Assembly (NCBI GenBank): GCA_964016885.1
Contig: OZ024742.1
Span: forward strand, 187,116,001-187,180,000
DNA length: 64,000 bases
From: Eledone cirrhosa
Lineage: Eukaryota
Direction: 5' to 3'
Position numbers and translations under genes: made by a program. Below the pieces are notes generated by a model. That model saw nothing but the letters and a program-made list of their open reading frames with translations, was not told the origin of the DNA and made no database searches. Shown here in pieces: positions 42,901-55,962 of this stretch. The stretch's first letter is position 1. Every line of letters starts with the position of its first letter.

Positions 42901-43230
42901 GAATTGCTCCTATTCCGAAATTTGATACTCCGTATGAGTTCCAAGACATCATTTTCGAATGGTAGCAGTGCTGGGTTACTCGGAGGGTTATTATAGGTTT
43001 TAAACCCAAATTTATCATGTTTGTTGTCTGCTTTTCTCTGATTATCGAAATAAAAGGCACGGCAATGCAACCTTTTAATGAACGCGTCTGTTTTCTGTAT
43101 CAGGAGTTTCAGGTATGTTTTCCTGCTTGGTACGGGTATGTTCTTTGTTGAAATATTCAGATGTTGTTTCTGCATGATGAATATAAGTCAATAGAGTGCT
43201 CAACCGAGGGATCCAAATAGTAATAATAAT
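39950..43230 (-). mobile_element. decayed near-full-length PLE, Naiad-like
   Basis: ORF region 41068-43175, a long 3' UTR containing a ~140-bp tandem duplication (40110-40380), and a degenerate hammerhead CAGAAGA-TCCCGTTAAGGGG-GAAA at ~39984-40017. Confidence 0.8.
41068..43175 (-). pseudogene. PLE RT + GIY-YIG endonuclease pseudogene in 4 frameshifted pieces
   Basis: KNIPVPS..Y.KLLI.K N-terminus, SDKTGN, TLKDHK..RLINP, YYSSI, SMGA, LYRDDGL, YLDVTL, CNCR....LSGKCL..NIVY..YIGLT..FKQR..H, CDLC..E. The N-terminus and Cys motif resemble Naiad PLEs (from memory). Confidence 0.88.
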
Positions 43231-43995
43231 AAATTATATATATATATATATATATTCTTCAAAACCTGAAAACCCCTCCCATTTGCCTCAACTCTTCAGA
43301 AGTTGTCCGCGCCTGAAATAGCACCCCTTTTATAGCTGGATTAATACACCAACGATCACTCAACCACCTTGAGCTTTCTCTTCACATATTAACCCTTTCA
43401 CTCACTACCAATATCATCACTTTGTGAACACTACATCTTACCCAGTCCATTATATAAACACATACTTTCTACCAAAATATACATTTTTCTCCCTCATGTT
43501 TATTTATATGTTTCATTTAATTTATACTTTTTCTACCATACTTCTAACACATACACACCCACCACCTTCTTTCTGTCCTCTACCTTTACCCAGATCATTT
43601 ATGACCTCATACATTTATCCATACCTATGTACAAACATTTACTTTCAACCAACATTCGTACACGTCTTTTCACCCTCACCTGTTTTTTATATTATATTTT
43701 TAAAATGAGAGCGCAATGTCTTCAAAATGTTTTTAATTAAACATACGGTATATCGCCAAATTTACTATACATACATATATTTATATGATTTTTTGTATAG
43801 CTATATTTATAAACTTTTATGCGTGGATCTGTGAGTATAACCTCACCCATATTGGTGTCCTCATTCGTTTATATACACTTACCTTAATTGTGCGTGTGTG
43901 TCCATGTGTATGTTTACACCTACCTGAGTGTGTGTGTGTGTATATATATAGTTTGTCTGCCTATACGTATGTAAACATACGCAGGCATGTGTGTG

Positions 43996-44038
<43 letters not shown>

Positions 44039-44135
44039 TTATCGCTCAAAATAAAAGGCAGACTGTATGATGTGTGTGTATATATATATATCAAGTAAGT
44101 TTGTTTTGAAACACCGAGCAAGTTTGAAATTAGAC

Positions 44136-44330
44136 ATAGAAGCTTGGCAGTACTTTTTACTACAGCAATTTTAGCCTAATAGTGGTGTTTAGAAAGCTCC
44201 CAGAAATGGAAAAAGATGAGTATTGGCGAACATGCATGTCAATACTCAACTTCTTCCATTTCTTAGAGGGTTCTAAATCCCACTATCAGGCTAAAATTTA
44301 TGTAGTAAAAAATACGGCCAAAGCTTATAT
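44136..44330. repeat. ~190-bp imperfect palindrome
   Basis: TTTTTACTACA..AATTTTAGCCT.ATAGTGG..AGAAATGGAA..GAGTATTG versus its reverse complement. Confidence 0.75.
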
Positions 44331-44379
44331 ATATATATATATATAAATACGGCCAAAGCTTATATATATATATATATAT

Positions 44380-44480
44380 ATTTATTAAAATAACAGATTA
44401 AAGTGTAAGCAAAGAATCGCTGCTTTAATGGTGAAAGCAGCGATTCTTTGCTTAAACTTGTATCTGTTATTTTAATAAAT
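44380..44480. repeat. 100-bp fold-back palindrome of a Naiad-type pLTR end
   Basis: Arms match 39950-39995. The right arm begins GAAAGCAGCGATTC. Confidence 0.75.
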
Positions 44481-44572
44481 TTTTGCTCTACGGTTCTTAT
44501 ATATTTGATATATATTTATCCGTATCGAGCCCTCTTTGGATTTTAGTCTTCAAATTTATTATTATTACTATA

Positions 44573-44737
44573 TATAGTGGTGGCACAGTCAAAGTATATG
44601 CCACATAAGTATAGTGGTGGCACGGTCAAGGTGTGTGCCACACAAGTATAGGTTTGGCACAGTCAAGGAGTGTACCACGTAAGTATAGTGGTGGCACAGT
44701 CAAGGTGCGTGCCACACAAGTATAGGGGTGGCACAGT
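44573..44737. repeat. 37-bp minisatellite, ~4.5 units, with internal hairpin GTGGCAC/GTGCCAC
   Basis: Unit TATAGTGGTGGCACAGTCAAGGTGTGTGCCACACAAG. Confidence 0.85.
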
Positions 44738-44875
44738 TAAGGGTGAAAGCAGCAATTCTTTGCTTAAACTTTAATCTGTTATTATTATACATACACTTCG
44801 TAGCACCTTGAACAAGTGTCTTGTACTGAAGCCTTGAGCTAACCAAAGAGATGTAATCGAAATTTAGTGAAACGC

Positions 44876-44909
<34 letters not shown>

Positions 44910-45200
44910 TTCAAAATATTAACAAAATAGATATTCTTGTATATATTTTATTAGACATATTACAGAGGTACTGAGTTAAGTTCAACAGTACGTCCTCATC
45001 AGATAAAATAAAATGATACATGACATACCCTGACATAGTAGATAGTTAAGATTCAGTCATGGTAGTCATAAGTATTTTGTTAATAAATTTAATTAATATT
45101 AATAACTGTGGAAAACCTTTTTAACTGTTGAGTGCTTCCAATCTATTGTAAAACTCATTCTTTGATGTATTCATTGAACCCTGTTTAACTTTTAAATATA

Positions 45201-45267
<67 letters not shown>

Positions 45268-45611
45268 GCATGTGTACCACCCCCGTTTATCACGTGATAA
45301 TTATTCCATTCGAAATTAGCGGATTACTCGGAAGGATTCTATATCTTTTACTAACTTCTTATCGGCTGTGTCAAGACCCGAAGACGGATGACCTCCACTA
45401 GTTTGAAAATTCCGAAGAAACACTGTATGTCAGTACGCTGCCCCTAAGACCACGCCAGGAGTTACGGGTTCAAACAACACGAGCTAAGAAAAATATTCTG
45501 GGCTAAATATTCTTGAGTTTTTGAATTGTTGGAAACGCCAGTCAAAATTCCATCATATCACATACACCGCTAAAAAACATGAAAGGTCACATTTGAGTAT
45601 ATTATCAAATC

Positions 45612-45810
45612 ACCCCGAGGTTTACTTTGCCTTTCATCCCTACGGGGTCGATAAAATAAACTACCAGTAATACACTGGGATACTTGCTGGCCTTGTGCAA
45701 AAAGTAGAAACAATTATCATATATACACTTCGTAGCACCTTGTACAAGTGTCTTGTACTGAAGCCTTGAGCTGACCAAAACCATGTAATCGAAATTTAGT
45801 GAAACGCGCC
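45612..45810 (+). mobile_element. SINE S1 3' half followed by a fragment of another SINE (also at 44792-44880)
   Basis: CCGAGGTTTACTTTGCCTTTCATCC...GTAGAAACAATTAT, then GCACCTTG.ACAAGTGTCTTGTACT. Confidence 0.7.
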
Positions 45811-45843
45811 ATATATATATATATATATGGGATATATAAATAA

Positions 45844-45919
<76 letters not shown>

Positions 45920-46252
45920 AAGTACGAAGCCGAATTTTCGGCTTTTGAAGAGTTCAGAATATATGTATATATAAAAGTATAAGGAAAGTGCTCAAGCGCA
46001 GGAATGCTATAAAGATAATTTAGAAAATACAGTGAACACCCTTAAAAGACGGGAATATTGCCATCAGCTGCTATGAGTATTTCCAGCTACCAGCTGTGTT
46101 TTAAGGGTGTTCACCCTATTTGATAAACTATAGCACTTGAACTTTTTTATACTTATATATATACATGTATATATACACATCGAACCCTGATATGCTCAAT
46201 CGCAAAACGTCAAACCTCAATGAACGTAACAAAAGATCTAACACTTTGTCCC

Positions 46253-46284
<32 letters not shown>

Positions 46285-46292
46285 GTTGTTAT

Positions 46293-47985
46293 TCCTTGAA
46301 TCTCAGTCATTGATGTTGGTTAACTGGAAAGTCCGTTGGATTGAATATCAAGCCACTACCTGCAGCCTCAGATATTCAGGACGTATCGGAGGGTTCTTGC
46401 TGTTCCAAGCAAGCATGCCTTTTGAAGCGTTCCAAAAAGCGTGAAGGGGCCGATTTTCTTTAACCATCCCTGGAAACTTTTGGAGATAGTCCCCAGTGCG
46501 CCTATGACAATCGGGATCACTTTGACTTCATGGCAGTTCCAGATCCTTTTCACCTCCCACTTTAGGTCCTGGTATCGGTTAATTTTCTCCCTCTCCTTCT
46601 CTTGCACTCTCGTGTCGAACGGGCAGGCCACATCCACAATCAGACACGATCTTTTTTCTTTGTCCACAACCACCAGGTCAGGTCTATTGTGTTCCAGTTT
46701 TTTGTCCGTCTGTATCCTAAAATCCCACAGCACCTTCACCTGATTGTTCTCCATCACCGCCTCTGGCCTATGCTCATACCATTTCTCAGAATGTGGTAAA
46801 TTGTTTACTTTGCACAGGTGCCAGTGGATCACCCTGCCCATCACATCGTGTCTCCAGCCCTTATAGTGGGTCTGGGCTAGGTGTTTACACTCGGACACAA
46901 TGTGAGCCACAGTCTCCTCTCTCTCTCCACAGATCCTGCACAGTGGGCTAGCCTCCTCCTTGTAGATATGGTGCTTCAACCACTTCGTTTTGAGGGCCTG
47001 CTCCTGCGCAGCCATTAGCATTCCTTCTGTAGCCTTTTTGAGGTCTCCTCTTCTCAACCAGTTCCATGTCTGTGGATCTCTAAATTCAGTTTTCTCAAAG
47101 AAGGTACTAATGAAGGGATTTTCCCTTAAGGCTGCTCTTCCTCCTTGATGTTATTTCCTCCTTGGACATCCCCTGGCCTACTGTCCCCTCCTTCAGTACA
47201 GTTCTGAGCATTGGCTCCTTACTATAGGTCACGTATTTGTATAGGTTGTTTTTCTCCATCTGAACACAGTCCTCTATGCTGATAGGACCTCTTCCACCCT
47301 CAGATCTCCTTAGGTAGAGTCTATCGACATCACTCCTCTTGTGGAACATGTTGTAGATAGTCAATAGCTTCCTAGTCTTCCTATCCATTTCTTTTTGTTC
47401 AGCAACATTCCATCTCAGAATTCCCGCACTGTACCTAATAATAGACACAGCTCGGGAATTTACTGCGCTTATGGCATTTCTGCTGTTCAGATGTGACTTC
47501 AATACGCTCCTTACTCTCCGAATGTATTCAGTTCTTAACAATTCCTTCATTTTTTTGTTCTTTATGCCATCAGCCTCCAGAACGCCCAAATACTTGTATC
47601 CTTCCTGAGAGTCAATTTCCTTTATCATCTCACCTGTTGGTATCTGGATCCCGTTACTTCTGCTCAACCTACCCCTCTTCATCACAATGACTCCACATTT
47701 ACCAATACCAAACTGCATACATATATCACTGCTGAAAATACGGACAGTGTCAACAAGCACATCCAACTCCTTCTCACTTTTCCCGAAGAGCTTAAGATCG
47801 TCCATGAAGAGGAGGTGATTGATGGTAAGCTCTCCCCTTCCCAACTTGTATCCTGCTCTCACTTTTCGCAGCATAATAGTCAAGGGCATCAGGGCAAGGA
47901 CAAACAACAGAGGGGACAGGCTATCTCCCTGGAAGATACCTCTCTTGATCTTCACGCTTCCCAAGGATACTCCAGTTGATGTCAA
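46293..47985 (-). mobile_element. R4/Dong family A copy A3, 5'-truncated within RT, with a 1-bp frameshift near 47109
   Basis: ORFs 47107-47985 and 46368-47057 match the family A C-terminal half. (TAA)n flanks. Confidence 0.92.
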
Positions 47986-48013
47986 TTATTATTATTATTA
48001 TTGTTATTGTTAT

Positions 48014-51000
48014 TCCTTGAATCTCAGTCATTGATGTTGGTTAACTGGAAAGTCCGTTGGATTGAATATCAAGCCACTACCTGCAGCCTCAGATATTCAG
48101 GACGTATCGGAGGGTTCTTGCTGTTCCAAGCAAGCATGCCTTTTGAAGCGTTCCAAAAAGCGTGAAGGGGCCGATTTTCTTTAACCATCCCTGGAAACTT
48201 TTGGAGATAGTCCCCAGTGCGCCTATGACAATCGGGATCACTTTGACTTCATGGCAGTTCCAAATCCTTTTCACCTCCCACTTTAGGTCCTGGTATCGGT
48301 TAATTTTCTCCCTCTCCTTCTCTTGCACTCTCGTGTCGAACGGGCAGGCCACATCCACAATCAGGCACGATCTTTTTTCTTTGTCCACAACCACCAGGTC
48401 AGGTCTATTGTGTTCCAGTTTTTTGTCCGTCTGTATCCTAAAATCCCACAGCACCTTCACCTGATTGTTCTCCATCACCGCCTCTGGCCTATGCTCATAC
48501 CATTTCTCAGAATGTGGTAGATTGTTTACTTTGCACAGGTGCCAGTGGATCACCCTGCCCATCACATCGTGTCTCCAGCCCTTATAGTGGGTCTGGGCTA
48601 GGTGTTTACACTCGGACACAATGTGAGCCACAGTCTCCTCTCTCTCTGCACAGATCCTGCACAGTGGGCTAGCCTCCTCCTTGTAGATATGGTGCTTCAA
48701 CCACTTCGTTTTGAGGGCCTGCTCCTGCGCAGCCATTAGCATTCCTTCTGTAGCCTTTTTGAGGTCTCCTCTTCTCAACCAGTTCCATGTCTGTGGATCT
48801 CTAAATTCAGTTTTCTCAAAGAAGGTACTATGAAGGGGTTTTCCCTTAAGGCTGCTCTTCCTCCTTGATGTTATTTCCTCCCTGGACATCCCCTGGCCTA
48901 CTGTCCCCTCCTTCAGTACAGTTCTGAGCATTGGCTCCTTACTATAGGTCACGTATTTGTATAGGTTGTTTTTCTCCATCTGAACACAGTCCTCTATGCT
49001 GATAAGACCTCTTCCACCCTCAGATCTCCTTAGGTAGAGTCTATCGACATCACTCCTCTTGTGGAACATGTTGTAGATAGTCAATAGCTTCCTAGTCTTC
49101 CTATCCATTTCTTTCTGTTCAGCAACATTCCATCTCAGAATTCCCGCACTGTACCTAATAATAGACACAGCTCGGGAATTTACTGCGCTTATGGCATTTC
49201 TGCTGTTCAGATGTGACTTCAATACGCTCCTTACTCTCCGAATGTATTCAGTTCTTAACAATTCCTTCATTTTTTTGTTCTTTATGCCATCAGCCTCCAG
49301 AACGCCCAAATACTTGTAGTCAATTTCCAAATACTCAGAGTCAATTTCCTTTATCATCTCACCTGTTGGTATCTGGATCCCGTGAATTCTGCTCAACCTA
49401 CCCCTCTTCATCACAATGACTCCACATTTACCAATACCAAACTGCATACATATATCACTGCTGAAAATACGGACAGTGTCAACAAGCACATCCAACTCCT
49501 TCTCACTTTTCCCGAAGAGCTTAAGATCGTCCATGAAGAGGAGGTGATTGATGGTAAGCTCTCCCCTTCCCAACTTGTATCCTGCTCTCACTTTTCGCAG
49601 CATAATGGTCAAGGGCATCAGGGCAAGGACAAACAACAGAGGGGACAGGCTATCTCCCTGGAAGATACCTCTCTTGATCTTCACGCTTCCCAAGGATACT
49701 CCAGTTGATGTCAACTCTGTCTCCCAGGACCCCATACTCCTGCCTAGCAACTGTCTGATGTTATCTGCCACCCTGAAGATCTCCAGGCTTTTGGTGATCC
49801 AGGAATGAGGCACCATGTCAAATGCCTTTCTGTAGTCTATCCATCCCATGGCAAGATCAGTGTGTCTCCTCCTGCAATTCCCCATTACCATCTTATCAAT
49901 AAGCAACTGGTCCTTTGTACCACGTGACTTCTTTCGGCATCCTTTCTGTTCGTCCGGTAACAAGTTGTTTGTGTGGAGGTGATGGTAGATTTCCTCAGAC
50001 ACAATGCTCGTCAACAGTTTCCACATTACGGGCAGACATGTGATTGGTCTATAGTTGGTAGCATCATTACCCTTGATTCGGTCTTTCATTATTAGAACTG
50101 TGGTACCTTTTGTCAACCACTCTGGCACCTCACCCGACACCAAGCAGTCATTGAACATGGCCGTCAGCTTCGGGTGGAGGGATGTTAGATGTTTAATCCA
50201 ATACCCCTGCACACCATCTGGGCCTGGTGATTTCCAGTTGGTTAGTTTTTTGGCTTGCCCCTTAAGAGTTTCAACTGTGATACTCAAATCAGTCTGTTGC
50301 TGTGCCTGCTCACCGATCTCCCTCTCTACTGTCTCAATCCACCCTGCCTGGGCATTGTGTCTAACATCCTGCTCCCATATTCCTCTCCAGAATGTTTTAG
50401 TTTGCTCCGCCCCAGGGATCAAGTCGTTGCCTCTTTCTTTGCCCTCAAGCTGTCCAAACAGCATCTTCTGGTTGTTGTCGAACATGCGGTTCTGTTTATA
50501 CTGACTGACTCTGTTCTCGTATCGCCTGATTTTTGCACTCTTTGCTACAATGCGTTGCTTCAATTCCTCTATGATAATATTTAGCTTTTTACTCCTAGTT
50601 TTGTATTTTATTTCCAGTCTATTTTTAGTGCCTATGTTTTTTAGTGTCCCATTCAGTAGTAACTCAAGCTTTCCTATGTCATTTCTCATTTCCCCGATTT
50701 GCCCACTCAGTCGCTTCTTCCACCACGGCTCTGCTCTTTCTTGTCTGTTGTTTCCTCTCGCTTTTATACCAAGTAGTTTCCTCACCGTATTTGCTGTTGC
50801 TCTGAGGATATTGTTGCACTGGTGAAGGCTCCTCGCCTCAAGGTATGGGATGACTTTGTTTACCTTAGCTGTTGTTTCTTTTAACTTTTTCCTGTCTACA
50901 AATCTTAGGTTCATAGGTCTCCCACTATCATTGTTCAATTCATCTACCACTAAATTTAGGATGTCAACCGAATCTTGTCCTAGCCCGTCAGCATTCATCT

Positions 51001-52558
51001 CCTCAGTGGCCGTATCTCTGTTCCAGGTATTATTTATCTCAGTACTCAGATCATTGTCTGCTTCGGGTGGTTCCTCCGTTCTCAGGACCTCCTCACCTTC
51101 ATTTCCCACCGGCTCGCTTGTCTGGCATACTACACCCGCCATCTCCAAGCCATTCTCTCTGCTCAGTTCCTCCAGTTCCAGCTCGCTTATCCACCCATTA
51201 GTTCTTATTACCCGAGCCTGCCCGGCCAATTTTTGTTCATCTAATTTAAATAAACCAATCTCGTTCCAGATGTTATGCATCCGTCTCCTGTAGCCCCTCT
51301 CCTTGGGGTTACTTTTCAGGTAGCATTGCATAACAGTTCTATTCAATTCTTTCGTCCAGTTGGTTCTGGCCCCTTTCCTTCTTCTCCTTCCTCCAACATC
51401 AGCAGTATTTGGTTGACAGTCAGGTTCCTGCTGCTGAGCCAGGGGGCACCTGTTGGGTGAGAGTCTGTCACATGACGTTCTAGTCTCCATTTCACCGTTA
51501 TTCGAACTGTTTATGTTCGATATTTAAACACTCTTATCGAGGATTGGCGAATGTATGTTTACCTAGCCATCTGTGGATCCGCCATCCCACTTGGCCCTTG
51601 TGTGGCATTATCACCACGCTGTATACGAACACACATAAACAAACAAACACACAGGCAGAAAGGGCCCCAAAAATGAATAAGCATAAGTTTCATTGTAATG
51701 TAGTGTTCGAATGTCTGACTTAGTTTTAGTTTTTTAAGTTTTACTTTTTCCCCCCTCTTCTCTGTCCGTCCGCCTGCTTCTCTCTTCATTCTTATTTTCT
51801 TTACGTTTTGGGGGTTTCTTTTTTTTGTTTTTGTTTTTCTCTGTTTGTTTTTCTCGTTTTTTTGCTGTTGTTGCTGTGCTGCTTTGGTTTTGTTGTTTGT
51901 TTTTTCTTTTTTCTTTTGGGTCTATCTATATATTTTGATGCCTTCCTCTTTGTTAGTAGTAGGAATTCTATAATGTGGAAGTAGCAGCCAGCAGGGAAGT
52001 GGGAGACTGGCGGCGTTAGCGATACTGAGACAGTGGTGGTGGTGATATCGATACCGAGGCAGTGGTGGCGGTGATGTGACCGTATTACTGTAGTGATGGT
52101 GCTGTAGCGGAGTCAAGGGGTGGTGGCGGCGGTGATGGGATAGTGGTGGTAATGATGGCCGTAGTGAGCGGTGGCGGTGAAGGTGAAAATGTGTCGTTAT
52201 CTGGCTGTTGTGTTTAGTGTACACAGATGATGGGGTGGGTGGTGTATCTAGTTTCTGGTGTTGGTGAGTTTAGCTGTCCTATATAGTGTAGCCAGAGGAG
52301 AGGAGGGGAGGGGTTCTTCTTCCATTTATAGCCATTTTTTTTTTTTGGATATACAGTGTACAATACAAAGTTGAATATTTGAATATTTGAGCCTTATAAC
52401 AATATATTTTGGGTCCAAATTTTTTGGGGCTCAAGCCGGGTGCTTTACGTAGCATTTGTACTAAGAGTTGTTATTTCACAAATGATTTAAATATGTTAAA
52501 AATTCAAAACTTACGGGAGCGATTTCATGACCTCCGTCACCTCGTGCGTCTTCTTCCC
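48014..52558 (-). mobile_element. R4/Dong family A copy A4, full length
   Basis: Same 5' terminus as A2. (TAA)n on both flanks. Confidence 0.93.
48089..51490 (-). CDS. R4/Dong-type polyprotein, 1133 aa, open frame
   Basis: All RT, CCHC and RLE motifs present. In-frame +3 aa change just before YKYLG. Confidence 0.93.
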   Translation of the reverse strand: METRTSCDRLSPNRCPLAQQQEPDCQPNTADVGGRRRRKGARTNWTKELNRTVMQCYLKSNPKERGYRRRMHNIWNEIGLFKLDEQKLAGQARVIRTNGWISELELEELSRENGLEMAGVVCQTSEPVGNEGEEVLRTEEPPEADNDLSTEINNTWNRDTATEEMNADGLGQDSVDILNLVVDELNNDSGRPMNLRFVDRKKLKETTAKVNKVIPYLEARSLHQCNNILRATANTVRKLLGIKARGNNRQERAEPWWKKRLSGQIGEMRNDIGKLELLLNGTLKNIGTKNRLEIKYKTRSKKLNIIIEELKQRIVAKSAKIRRYENRVSQYKQNRMFDNNQKMLFGQLEGKERGNDLIPGAEQTKTFWRGIWEQDVRHNAQAGWIETVEREIGEQAQQQTDLSITVETLKGQAKKLTNWKSPGPDGVQGYWIKHLTSLHPKLTAMFNDCLVSGEVPEWLTKGTTVLIMKDRIKGNDATNYRPITCLPVMWKLLTSIVSEEIYHHLHTNNLLPDEQKGCRKKSRGTKDQLLIDKMVMGNCRRRHTDLAMGWIDYRKAFDMVPHSWITKSLEIFRVADNIRQLLGRSMGSWETELTSTGVSLGSVKIKRGIFQGDSLSPLLFVLALMPLTIMLRKVRAGYKLGRGELTINHLLFMDDLKLFGKSEKELDVLVDTVRIFSSDICMQFGIGKCGVIVMKRGRLSRIHGIQIPTGEMIKEIDSEYLEIDYKYLGVLEADGIKNKKMKELLRTEYIRRVRSVLKSHLNSRNAISAVNSRAVSIIRYSAGILRWNVAEQKEMDRKTRKLLTIYNMFHKRSDVDRLYLRRSEGGRGLISIEDCVQMEKNNLYKYVTYSKEPMLRTVLKEGTVGQGMSREEITSRRKSSLKGKPLHSTFFEKTEFRDPQTWNWLRRGDLKKATEGMLMAAQEQALKTKWLKHHIYKEEASPLCRICAEREETVAHIVSECKHLAQTHYKGWRHDVMGRVIHWHLCKVNNLPHSEKWYEHRPEAVMENNQVKVLWDFRIQTDKKLEHNRPDLVVVDKEKRSCLIVDVACPFDTRVQEKEREKINRYQDLKWEVKRIWNCHEVKVIPIVIGALGTISKSFQGWLKKIGPFTLFGTLQKACLLGTARTLRYVLNI

Positions 52559-52630
<72 letters not shown>

Positions 52631-52637
52631 GTTATTA

Positions 52638-55674
<3,037 letters not shown>

Positions 55675-55694
55675 ATTATTATTATTATTATTAC

Positions 55695-55745
<51 letters not shown>

Positions 55746-55962
55746 TGAATGCCATGGTTGACGGTGGCTCGGCTCTGTAAGGTATAGTAATTTTTAACCG
55801 ATATAACAATTGTAAATTGTTTAAAACCTAAACCAAATTGTAGATAAAAACACCCTCCTCCTCGAGAGAGGGGTCTTACTGCCCGTTATTTGGCCCTTTG
55901 GGGTTAAATACCCGCTTATTGAGGTGTTGTGCCCAATATTCATTTTAAACCGTAAAAAAAAC

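Noticed and set aside
44573-44737. CRISPR-like palindromic 37-bp repeats
   Set aside because: No unique spacers, no cas genes and a eukaryotic context; it is a minisatellite.
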